Of a DNA stretch of 64,000 nt, positions 23,681 through 33,274 are shown in pieces. Within the stretch, counting starts at the first letter, position 1, and every line of letters starts with the position of its first letter. Both the position numbers and the translations under genes were made by a program. Under the pieces are notes generated by a model. It did not search any database. It was not told the origin of the DNA and saw only the letters and a program-made list of their open reading frames with translations. Origin of the DNA: an uncultured Chloroflexia bacterium (GTDB lineage: Bacteria > Chloroflexota > Anaerolineae > Anaerolineales > UBA4823); assembly GCA_963828845.1 (NCBI GenBank), contig CAWHGE010000017.1, positions 8,981-72,980 on the forward strand. Direction: 5' to 3'.

Positions 23681-24193
23681 TTACGACAATTTCTCCAGCT
23701 TTTTTTTCATGGGCTGATAAATCAATCCATAACCATCAAAACTCCAGCCGTTGCGAACACCGGTGGATTTTCTATAACCAACAGCTTCATAAAACGGGAC
23801 CGCATAAAGGGTAGCTGCAAGGTGGATGACTCTCGAACCTCGACTTGCACATTCCTGCTCGCAGCGTTCCACCAATCTTCGGCCGATACCCTGACGATGG
23901 TGATCCTCACGAACAAAAAGACTTTGCAGACGAGCTGGTCTGCACCTGAGCACGCCGACAATTTCGTCACCATCTTCAGCGATAAAAATCATTTCAGCTC
24001 TTAATACCCGAGTAATCGCATCACGGTGAGTGAGCTCAGTTGAACCGGCGTATCGAAATGGTCCCAAGAGCTTTTCCTGTTCTTCGGGTGAGGCAAAGCC
24101 AAGATTGAACTTGCGATAAGTCTCGGCGATGAGCATGCCAACTGATTGTGCATCGGTTTTCTCATCGTAGGCGCGAATAATAACCATCCCCAA
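23681..24193 (-). CDS. GNAT family N-acetyltransferase
   Basis: LFVREDHHRQGIGRRL motif A; AVPFYEAVGY. Confidence 0.9.
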   Translation of the reverse strand: MGMVIIRAYDEKTDAQSVGMLIAETYRKFNLGFASPEEQEKLLGPFRYAGSTELTHRDAITRVLRAEMIFIAEDGDEIVGVLRCRPARLQSLFVREDHHRQGIGRRLVERCEQECASRGSRVIHLAATLYAVPFYEAVGYRKSTGVRNGWSFDGYGLIYQPMKKKLEKLS

Positions 24194-24226
24194 AAGTCCC
24201 TCCTATGAGGCGTTACTTACCATTGA

Positions 24227-24967
24227 TTATAACTGGATAACCCCACGCCATATGAGGATGACGACCAAACCAATTTGAATGGCATCGTACAGGTAATGGG
24301 CAACAATCAGGTGAAAGATACGCCCAAACCGCAAGTACCATAGTACCATGATCAAACCGTTGAGGGTCACAGAGATAACACCCGCCGTACCTTGGGCCAC
24401 ATGGTTGAGGCCAAACAGCACCGCTGAAAGGATCACTCCGAGAACCAGCCAGAGCTTTGTGGAAGATATCTTCATCCAACGCGTGATGAAAAATACGCGG
24501 GTCAGCTCTTCGGAACCTGCCACACCGATGAACAATACCGGACCAAGGAACAAGGCGCATAACCAGGGGTTTCCCGCTAGTGTATTAACTAGACCGCCTA
24601 TACCACTCTCACTATCTGAAGCACGGTGGAAATATCTGGCGATCGTAGGGTCAAGTACGTACTTAAGGGATAAGGTCAGCCCAACCAACACTATACCGCC
24701 GAGGAGATCCTTCCACCATGCGCCGGGTCTCAGATTAAGGACTTCAGGTTTTTCCCCGCACAGGAACCACAACAAAAGCAGGAGCACAGCGATGACAATC
24801 AGGGTATACACGATGGAGTAGAACAGGTAACCTCTAGCTGTGACGGCTTCTCCACCCAGCTGAGTTATGAAAACCATCAAAGGCGGTATATATCCAAGCA
24901 AGATGGCGAGCACACTTACCCAGGTTTTTCGCTGCCAGGGTTTGCGGGTATCTTGTGATGTAGACAT
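24227..24967 (-). CDS. CPBP family intramembrane protease
   Basis: SEELTR, FGLNH, AHYLYD. Confidence 0.85.
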   Translation of the reverse strand: MSTSQDTRKPWQRKTWVSVLAILLGYIPPLMVFITQLGGEAVTARGYLFYSIVYTLIVIAVLLLLLWFLCGEKPEVLNLRPGAWWKDLLGGIVLVGLTLSLKYVLDPTIARYFHRASDSESGIGGLVNTLAGNPWLCALFLGPVLFIGVAGSEELTRVFFITRWMKISSTKLWLVLGVILSAVLFGLNHVAQGTAGVISVTLNGLIMVLWYLRFGRIFHLIVAHYLYDAIQIGLVVILIWRGVIQL

Positions 24968-24976
24968 CGCTTCCTC

Positions 24977-26050
24977 CTATTTTTCATGGGACAATTTACT
25001 TGATGCCAGGACTGAATCTTCTATTGGCTCAATTCTGGCAGGCGATTGATAAACTGAAGGATGGTCGGAAGGTAGTTTCTTCCACATCCGGTCATAAACG
25101 ATCGCAAATATGGTCAAGACGATAAATAGAACCTTGCTGATAGTGGTCTGGGTGAATGAGTTTCCGAAGGCGTTCATAGCAGGATGAAATAGGGCAGGCG
25201 CCAGTAAGCTCCCGTTGGTACGGTTATATAACCAGGCTAAGATAACCCCGAAAAGCACTCGCCAAAACAGGCGATACTCAAGAAACCAGGCCAGTGATGG
25301 GGCTCTGTTGATTGGGGCAAGGTCGTAAGGCAAATGCCATAACGCCCACAAGACTCCCACAATTATCGACGCCGCAATGACGGAGTAACGCGCTTGCAGG
25401 CGAGGCAGAGCAAAACCGCGCCAGCCGCTTTCCTCGTTGATGCCCCCAGTCATAAGGAATCCTCGCAGGAATTCGAGCAGGAGGGCGATGGCTGCGCCCT
25501 CCAATCCGAGGTTATCCAGGTAGAATTGGGCTTCCCCTCCCAAGCTGCGTGGGATAACTAGTGACAGGAGCGGGATACCCGGGAAGATCAGAAAAATAAC
25601 CAGGTACCACAGGATAGATCCTCTCGGTTTGAGCAGGGTTGAGAACTGCTTGCGAATCCCGGGTGTTCGGGCATACGCGCTGGAAAGCACCCAGGCAGGG
25701 AAAAGCGCAAAGATGCAGTTGATTATGATGGTTCCTGCCCCGAAATCCATATTCTGAACCTTCCAACTGTATAGGGTTAAGACTACTGAAGCAAAGAGCC
25801 AGGACAAGAAAATTGCTAATAAATGAGGGCGTCTGCGTTCGAACTTTGGTTGGGGTTCTGCGATACCAGAGATCAGCATCGAGGTAAGCGCTGGACTGAA
25901 GAGCGTGAACGGTGCTGACAGACCCAAAACAACCTGGTTACCAGGGAATATAAAGTAGATAAGGAGAAACCCTGGCCATGAAATTGCATAGGCTAATAGG
26001 AAGAATGCCAGCACTTGATGTAGCTTGATCCAATCGGTTATCTTATTCAT
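24977..26050 (-). CDS. CPBP family intramembrane protease
   Basis: NEESGWRGFALPRL, WALWHLP, FHPAMN. Confidence 0.9.
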   Translation of the reverse strand: MNKITDWIKLHQVLAFFLLAYAISWPGFLLIYFIFPGNQVVLGLSAPFTLFSPALTSMLISGIAEPQPKFERRRPHLLAIFLSWLFASVVLTLYSWKVQNMDFGAGTIIINCIFALFPAWVLSSAYARTPGIRKQFSTLLKPRGSILWYLVIFLIFPGIPLLSLVIPRSLGGEAQFYLDNLGLEGAAIALLLEFLRGFLMTGGINEESGWRGFALPRLQARYSVIAASIIVGVLWALWHLPYDLAPINRAPSLAWFLEYRLFWRVLFGVILAWLYNRTNGSLLAPALFHPAMNAFGNSFTQTTISKVLFIVLTIFAIVYDRMWKKLPSDHPSVYQSPARIEPIEDSVLASSKLSHEK

Positions 26051-26091
26051 GATAATTCTCCTCTAGCTATAAGGCTCCTCCCATAGGTTCC

Positions 26092-27261
26092 CTAATCTGC
26101 TGAGCTGGGGGTAGCGACTAACGGTACTTGAGTCACGGGTGACTGAGCCGGGCTCTCCAACGCTCTCAGGTCGCGATAAGCCAGCGTCCAGATGGACGAC
26201 ATATAAACCTCTACCAGACCATTGACAAAAAGCATAGGTGAAGCCATCACTACGATGAAAATTGGTACCCCCACCAGTGCACCCATGATCCAGGGTGTAG
26301 CACCACCCATAAACAGGCTGGTGACCGTGGCAACCAGGGTGGCTGGTAAACCACCCATAGCTAAACCAGCCAGAGTCGTCAGCAGGAAGAAAGGAACAAG
26401 CAGGATTACGATCAGAATTCCCAGGGGTACCCACAGCAACCTGATGCACATCCAGACTAACCAGAGCATACCGACATCTTTTAGGTGACGCTTTGTCAGC
26501 GTGATTCCATGACGGAATGCGGCTACCATGCCCTGATTATCCAAGGCGCAGGCGCGTTTAATAGGCTGTATCACCAGTGAGAGTATTCCGCTGGCGGCGA
26601 GCCACAAATAGCCTGCCATGATGAACAGGCCGAAAGCGCCAATCCCGGAAGCGATGATGATTGCCTCGTTGCTTCTGATCGCCAGAAGGACTGGGGCAAC
26701 TACCACCCCAAACACTACGATAAATACCAGGATGGTCACCGCGGAGACGACGAAATCAATGAGGAATAGTCGCCAAGCGCGCAACGAAAATCCTCTTCGC
26801 AAACCCTGCCACAGGCCTAAATGTTTGCCATTCTCCTCTGCCTCACCTACCATGCGGATCATCGCAGTCTCCACCACGTAGCGTGAGATCACACCCAGCA
26901 GGAGCAGGCAAGCCAGGATCACGGCGACCTCGATCGTGATCGCCCAGAGGTTGATCGAAGCCTGGCGATTTACTTGATCGACCAGCTCACGAAACTCATT
27001 CCACGAAGTTCCATCCTCAGTGATTATGCGGATTCCTTCAGGTGCGGTGAGGTCGATGGTCATATCAGCCCCAGGTAACTGAAGCGTGGTGGTATTGCTG
27101 AGCTTGATCCTGATCCACTGGTCATTGTCCTCCCAATCGAACCATGGACCTAGATAAACTGTGGAGGCGCCAACCAATGAAAGGATTGCACCGAACAGCC
27201 ACAATGCTCGATAATGCCAGAGCATTTGCCAGGCTTTGCGTAGAATTGTGTTGAGGTTCAT
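26092..27261 (-). CDS. Polytopic membrane protein of unknown function
   Basis: 389-aa intact ORF, many TM helices, RBS aggag. Confidence 0.8.
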   Translation of the reverse strand: MNLNTILRKAWQMLWHYRALWLFGAILSLVGASTVYLGPWFDWEDNDQWIRIKLSNTTTLQLPGADMTIDLTAPEGIRIITEDGTSWNEFRELVDQVNRQASINLWAITIEVAVILACLLLLGVISRYVVETAMIRMVGEAEENGKHLGLWQGLRRGFSLRAWRLFLIDFVVSAVTILVFIVVFGVVVAPVLLAIRSNEAIIIASGIGAFGLFIMAGYLWLAASGILSLVIQPIKRACALDNQGMVAAFRHGITLTKRHLKDVGMLWLVWMCIRLLWVPLGILIVILLVPFFLLTTLAGLAMGGLPATLVATVTSLFMGGATPWIMGALVGVPIFIVVMASPMLFVNGLVEVYMSSIWTLAYRDLRALESPAQSPVTQVPLVATPSSAD

Positions 27262-27442
27262 GTTGTTCTCCTAACTCCTTGTGCTGACCCCGTTTGCCAC
27301 AAACACCCTGAAGCAGGGTCGTGGACGATAACTGCATCGATAATCCTAGCATAACGGATATTGGAGGGAAACACACGAGCCTGGAGATGGGTTTACTGAT
27401 TACGATTGATGCGATTGTGAATGCATCTACAGAATGAAATCG

Positions 27443-27610
27443 CCCCCTCTACAGTACCCCCATTTATCCTCTCCGGATATATCCGGATATAAAAAAAAGT
27501 GGCGGAGATGCCAGCCACGAAAGTAAGGCTGGCAGCCTTGTGTTGATCCTACTCGATTTGTAATAACTTGTTCGCGACGGACGATCCCAGACTACCAGGC
27601 TAAGGCTGCC
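27443..27610 (-). repeat. Degenerate copy of 28465-28630 (regulator 3' end, hairpin, promoter-like region)
   Basis: Colinear blocks: cccctc.acagta; atcctct.cggatat; tgccagc..aaagta..gctggca; ttcgcg.cggacgatccc...ccaggc..aggctgcc. Confidence 0.8.
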
Positions 27611-27849
27611 AAGTGTCTCAATAACCTCCGCATTACACTTCTCCGATGAAGAGCAGCCTCCCCTACAGCAGTGGAAACTTTCTGTAATTTGGTTTTTAAA
27701 ATTTCGTGAAAGTTTTTTCTAACACTTGGTTGACTATCAGGTGGCCTTCTCCCCCAATACCTTACTCAGCAGACCTACGGATATTTGAAACGCCCCTCCC
27801 ACGGATTATGTGTACGCAGGAGGGGAATATTGTGACCTTGGAAGAAAAT

Positions 27850-28203
27850 TTACGGTGTCGGTTGGCATGGATGTCGTTCGATCCAGTCGGAACCGGCATA
27901 GTAGTTCGTGGGGACGGCGGTCGGTGGATGGCGTTCGATCCAGTCGGAACCGACATAATAGTTCGCAGGGTGGACGACCGCTGGGTGGCGTTCGATCCAA
28001 TCGGAACCGACATAGTAGTTAGCGGGAAGGGCGGCCTGTGGGTTGGATTGGATAGAATCGGAGCCTGCCAGTTTTTCGTTGGTGATGGAATCTCCTGAAT
28101 TTGAGGTTGGAGCGGAAGTACTAGATAGCACCTGTACTGACAGTAATACTACCACCAACAAACCAGCTGATATTACAATCCTCAATATACTTTTGGTAGA
28201 CAT
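27850..28203 (-). CDS. Secreted 117-aa protein with tandem NYYxGSDWIERHP repeats
   Basis: RBS aggagg, signal peptide MSTKSILRIVISAGLLVVVLLSVQVLS, 3 full and 1 degenerate 19-aa repeats. Confidence 0.8.
   Translation of the reverse strand: MSTKSILRIVISAGLLVVVLLSVQVLSSTSAPTSNSGDSITNEKLAGSDSIQSNPQAALPANYYVGSDWIERHPAVVHPANYYVGSDWIERHPPTAVPTNYYAGSDWIERHPCQPTP
27868..28071 (-). repeat. 57-bp period coding tandem repeat
   Basis: Units start at 27868, 27925, 27982, 28039; core differences mostly at synonymous positions of the minus-strand frame. Confidence 0.9.
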
Positions 28204-28522
28204 GTTAACCTCCTTTCTTATTTGATTCGAAAATCTACTCTGACAAGCATTGTTCCAGGCATTTTTTACGATTTGCATGACATCCATATATAAATCTCCT
28301 TTCCTTGCCTCCTTTGGTGTTCTATCCAGCCATTTATCAACGCAGAGCTGGAGGATGTTTCTGCTAATAGGATATCGGAAAGTGATCTGCAACACACGAG
28401 TCTACATGGGGGTTCTTCGTTTACTGAGGATGTATTTTCGATCCTGTTTAGGGAGTTATTGGTTCCCCTCCACAGTAATCTGCAACCATCCTCTGCGGAT
28501 ATGTCCCCGGATTAAATAGCAA

Positions 28523-28560
28523 CGGGGTTGCCAGCTCCAAAAGTATCGCTGGCAACCCCG
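28523..28560 (-). terminator. Stem-loop after response regulator
   Basis: cggggttgccagc/gctggcaaccccg. Confidence 0.7.
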
Positions 28561-28587
28561 CCATCACACCAATTGATTTACATCCGT

Positions 28588-29251
28588 TTATTCGCGGCGG
28601 ACGATCCCTTCCTGCCAGGCATAGGCTGCCGCCTGGGTGCGGTCGACCAGGTGCAATTTGCTGAGAATGTTGCTGACATGCCCCTTGACAGTACCCACAC
28701 TGATGACCAGTTGTTCGGCGATCTTGTCATTTGAATAACCTTTGGCGATCAGCTTGAGCACTTCCATCTCGCGTTCAGTCAGCGCAATGAAGGGAGTTGC
28801 CTCTTCAGGCTCCAGGCTGCGGAATGTTTTGATGACGCGTGCGGCGATCCTTGGATGAAGGGTGGCTTCCCCCCGGGCAGCACGACGGATGGCTTCGACA
28901 AGCTCTGAGGCTTTCACATCTTTGAGCAGGTACGAGATCGCACCGGCTTGAAGGGCAGGAAAGATAAATTCGTCTTGATGGAAAGAAGTCAGGATGACGA
29001 TCTGGGTGCGCGGGCTGATGTCTCTTGACCCTGCGTGTGGCTTCAACGCCATCCATGCCAGGCATCACCAGGTCCATCAAAACCACATCAGGGATGAATT
29101 CCTGAGCCAACTTGACGGCCTCTTCACCTGACCCTGCTTGAGCAACCACAGAGATATCAGGTTGGGCTTCCAGGTAACTGCAAGCACCACGACGAACCAT
29201 TTCATGGTCATCAACGATCATTACGGTGATAGCATCCGTTGGATCAGCCAT
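28588..29251 (-). CDS. NarL/LiaR-like response regulator; one frameshift
   Basis: IVDDHEMVR, VLMDLVMPGMDG, LTEREMEVL, TVKGHVSNILSKL. Confidence 0.92.
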
Positions 29252-29263
29252 AGTGCCTCCTTA

Positions 29264-30754
29264 TCAAACCATGCGCGGTAAAGTTACTATGATTTTGGTG
29301 CCCTGCTCTGGCGAGCTTTCAACTGTAAAACTCCCGCCTAATACTTCGGCGCGTTCTTGCATCGAGTAAAGGCCTAACCCACCATGTTGAACACTCTTGT
29401 CAAAGCCGTGGCCATCATCTTTGATGATCATTGTAACCATCTTTGTCTCATATTCCAGGGATACATCTGCACGACTGGCAGAACTATGACGGGCAATGTT
29501 TGCCAGGGCTTCCTGGGCGATCCGGAACAGGGCTTCCCGGGTCTCTAACGACAATTCGTCGTTTCCCTCAATATTAATATTCAACTCAATCCCACTTCGA
29601 TGAGACCAATCCACGGCGTACTCTTTGAGGGTTTCGGAAAAATCCTGTCCGTCCATGGACTGGGGGCGCAGCTCGTGGACCAAATTGGTGAGCTCATTGC
29701 GAACCGAATCAACCAGTGCATCGGCTTCCACCAGATGTTTTTTTGCGATTTGTGGATCGCGGTCGTATAACGTGAGGGCAGTGCCCAATTGAAAGGAAGC
29801 CGCCAGAGCCTGTTGCTTGGCACTGTCGTGCAGGTCACGCGCCAGCCGGTTACGCTCTTCAGAGACTGCCATTTCTTGTCGTCTGCGAAGCAGATCCTGT
29901 AATTGTTTGGCCATATTGTTCAAACGCTGTGAAAATTGCGAAATCTCATCTCCGGTGGTGTCATCAATAAACTTTGAGAAATCACCTTCACTCCAGGCAT
30001 CGATGGTGGTAGATAATCGCTTGAAGCGTGTGGACAGCCCATGGGCAAAAAAGGCACCGAAGATGGCTCCCATGATCCCAGTACCAAGCAGAAAGATCAA
30101 CAGGCTTCTGCCGGCAATATTCAGGATGTGCGAAGGAATATCCGCCTGGGTGGGAAGATTATCGATAAATACCACAACAACCCCCACAACCCGGTTTTCG
30201 CTCACGGGACGTAGTCGAAAATCGGAAGTGCCAATACATATCGTTTATTCGGTTCAAATATGGTGTACAAATGGCTCGTATCTGTGTCACCCGCCAGTGC
30301 GGCATTAAAGGGTGCCTCCAAACCCTGTACCTGAGCGAGGTCGAATGGTTGCCCGATTACAAAACTGGTGGGGAAACTATATTCGGTCTTTCCTAATAAT
30401 GTTCCATCCGTTCCAATAATTAAAGCGCGCACTGAGCCATTGTCCTCACAGTGAACTGTACAGAACCAATGCGAAGAAAATCGAAACTTGTGATCGTCGA
30501 TATCAGATTCTTTCAAGAGCAAAGCAATTAATTGCTGTATCCACCGGAGATTGAGAAAGTACATGACTAAACAAGGGACCAGTGTTTTTCTGTAATATCT
30601 CAATCAGTACTTCGGGACTGAAAATATTGGTTTGCACAAATATCCGGGGTAAAACAATCCCTACCAGGATCAGGATAACTACCAAAAAAGCACTCACCGT
30701 CACGATGGTGTAGTTGAAGGTCAATTTCCAGCGAAGTTTACGAAAGATGTTCAT
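29264..30754 (-). CDS. HAMP/HisKA_3 sensor kinase (LiaS-like); frameshifted
   Basis: Two TM, HAMP, EERNRLARDLHDS, EALANIARHS, DDGHGF, GLGL. Confidence 0.9.
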
Positions 30755-31016
30755 ATTTTTGCCTGCTCGCGTTATCTACTTTGATTTTAGAATGCATCTC
30801 AACGATAGTATACGCACTTTCAGACTTGCCTTACACAGAATCCATATTCTCCGACAGACTATCCTACTATGATCTTAGCATAACATAAATCTGATGCCAA
30901 GAAACCTGTCTTGGGTATGGTTTATGCTCTAACTTTGGATAGGTATTCGAATCGGGCGCGTCTCTAGCGTTTGTCTTGCAGAAGAACCCACAAAAGAAGC
31001 TTTTAACAAGTAGATA

Positions 31017-31040
31017 AAAACCTGCCGTCCGGCAGGTTTT
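31017..31040. terminator. Intrinsic terminator
   Basis: aaaacctgccg/cggcaggtttt downstream of dehydrogenase. Confidence 0.75.
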
Positions 31041-31075
31041 GGTTTATTTTACAAGATTTAGTTAAAAATGGAATC

Positions 31076-32095
31076 TCATAAGTCAAGCATGACTTTCATA
31101 TACTTCCCTCCGGATGATTCTATAGCCTTATAAGCTTCCAAATACTCCTTAAATGCAAATCGGTGAGTCACAATTTGATCCAGCTGAAGTTTCCCAGTTG
31201 AAACAAGCTCAATTGCGCTCTCATAATCTTTCCGTTGATACATAAGAGTGCCGATCAAACTCAGCTCACGATCCTGGATCAGACCCAGATCGACTGATGG
31301 CTTCTGACTAAAAACACCCACAACGATGATCGTGCTACCCTTGCGGGCGTGTTCAATGGCCTGAGTGATGGTATCTTGCACACCCACACATTCCACGATC
31401 AGGTCAGCTTTATCCGCACCGAAGGCTTTCAGGATTGCCTGGCCAAGGTCCTCGTGGATGGGATTCACCGCGTCCATCAAACCACATTGGCGAGCCTTAT
31501 CCAGCTTATATCCGCTGACATCTGTGATCATCACCCTCTTAGCGCCATTGGCAGCAGCGACCTGCGCAACCAGATTACCAATCGTGCCTGCGCCAAGGAC
31601 CAGCACGTTCAAACCCGTCATACTGCCAAACCGGGAAAGTGCGTGAACCGCCACCGATATTGGCTCGATCAGCGCAGCGTGATCCAGCGGCATCGATGCT
31701 GGCAGCTTTAAAACCCGGTCTGCCCTCACTGGGAAGTATTCCTGAGCTGCCCCATTGGTCTGAAAGCCCATGACTTTCAGGTTTTCACATATATGGTACA
31801 TCCCATGGCGGCAAGGATAACACTCCCCACAGGTCACCTGGGGCATGAAAACCACTGTATCACCCCTGGCAAATCCTTTCACCTGTGTGCCCACCTCAGC
31901 AATCACACCCGCGACTTCATGGCCTTGCACAACCGGGTAGCTGGTAAAGGGGTGCAGCCCATGGTACACATGGATATCTGAGCCACAGATACCAATCCGC
32001 TTCACCTGTATCAGAACTTCATCCGGCTGAGTTTGCGGTAAAGGGATTTCACGAAATTCAATCTTCCCGGGACTGACCACGATTGCCTGTTGCAT
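31076..32095 (-). CDS. Zn-dependent medium-chain (sorbitol/threonine-type) dehydrogenase
   Basis: GICGSDIH, GHE, CGECYPCRHGMYHIC, GAGTIG. Confidence 0.92.
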   Translation of the reverse strand: MQQAIVVSPGKIEFREIPLPQTQPDEVLIQVKRIGICGSDIHVYHGLHPFTSYPVVQGHEVAGVIAEVGTQVKGFARGDTVVFMPQVTCGECYPCRHGMYHICENLKVMGFQTNGAAQEYFPVRADRVLKLPASMPLDHAALIEPISVAVHALSRFGSMTGLNVLVLGAGTIGNLVAQVAAANGAKRVMITDVSGYKLDKARQCGLMDAVNPIHEDLGQAILKAFGADKADLIVECVGVQDTITQAIEHARKGSTIIVVGVFSQKPSVDLGLIQDRELSLIGTLMYQRKDYESAIELVSTGKLQLDQIVTHRFAFKEYLEAYKAIESSGGKYMKVMLDL

Positions 32096-32344
32096 ATGTT
32101 CTCCTGTACTTTACTTATGCGTTGCGAATTACCCTCATCGCCTTTATCTCAGCTTGTGGATCACCTATGTTTTGCAGCCCACTTTGCATAGCTTAGTAGG
32201 CTTCTTGCATATCGGGATTCACAATTAATCGCCTGTCTCCCGTTTATGTACTAACTGAGTATATTTATTTAACCCCTGCCTGCACCCAACCTCCTCCCAT
32301 GAGCCGAAATTAGACTGCCTGGGTAGATAGACCTCTTACTCAGG

Positions 32345-33097
32345 TTATTTACTTCCCAGGGATTTATAGGTGCCCAATCCGGTCGTATTAACATCGGTCT
32401 GAGGATTGCCATAATACGAGATAGTCCCAGCACCACTGATGGTGCCAGCCAACTTATCAGTCACCCAAACAGTGGCGCTACCCAGACCGGGTACGGTTAC
32501 GTTGGCAGTCTTGATTTTTAAGTCGGGGGCGTTAATGGTCCCTGCACCGGGGATACTGATGGTTGCCTCACCTACATCACCGGCAATATCAACACTCCCT
32601 AATCCGCTTACATTGACGTTGAGCATATCGGCAGTGAGCTGGTTGAGCTGAACCTTCCCTGCCCCACTCATGGTCAATGTCAGATTGGGGGTCGACAGCG
32701 TCTCCATACTGACGTCACCCAGACCACTTACCGTCAGTGAGGAGAGATCCTTAACCCCAATGGTGAAGGTCAGCATATTTGTTTTGTTAAAAGAGGTGAC
32801 GTTGATATTCTCATCTGTTTCTATATTTAGGGTACCGTTGCTGACGGTTGTTTTGATGAGTGGGACCAAGTTATCGCTGCCCGAGATGGTCAGTGATTCA
32901 CTGTTACCCTGACTTAGGATTACCTTGCCGAAGCTGCCCATGTTGATCGCGGTAAAACCACTCACGCCGCGTGTTTCGCTGATAATGACATCAGAAGGTG
33001 TGATTATTCTGCCATTTATGTTACTTATAATGCCACACGCAGAGGTTACCAGCATTACAGCCAGGAGGAACGTGAAGATTTTTATTGAAGTTTTCAT
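32345..33097 (-). CDS. DUF2807/GIN-domain lipoprotein
   Basis: Lipobox-like VTSAC; repeated SGxGxV beta-solenoid motifs. Confidence 0.85.
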   Translation of the reverse strand: MKTSIKIFTFLLAVMLVTSACGIISNINGRIITPSDVIISETRGVSGFTAINMGSFGKVILSQGNSESLTISGSDNLVPLIKTTVSNGTLNIETDENINVTSFNKTNMLTFTIGVKDLSSLTVSGLGDVSMETLSTPNLTLTMSGAGKVQLNQLTADMLNVNVSGLGSVDIAGDVGEATISIPGAGTINAPDLKIKTANVTVPGLGSATVWVTDKLAGTISGAGTISYYGNPQTDVNTTGLGTYKSLGSK

Positions 33098-33274
33098 TGA
33101 GAATCTCCTTTCAATGATAAGAGTTAAAATAGGTGGTTTGATTATTAAATCATAATAGTGGATAATTAGGAATACCCCTTTCGTACGGGGGTGAATATCC
33201 TATCCAGATGGGTAAGTATATTCCGGGAATGGTAAAGTTTACTCACCTTGGATAACAACAGTCGGGAACTTGTA

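Noticed and set aside
27868..28071. 57-bp periodic repeat as a CRISPR array
   Set aside because: Period is a multiple of 3, variable parts are only ~16 bp, core changes are mostly synonymous within an ORF with RBS and signal peptide, and no cas genes are present
27706..28098. Plus-strand 130-aa ORF with repeated FDPVGT
   Set aside because: Antisense shadow of the SDWIERHP gene, which has the RBS, signal peptide and operon orientation
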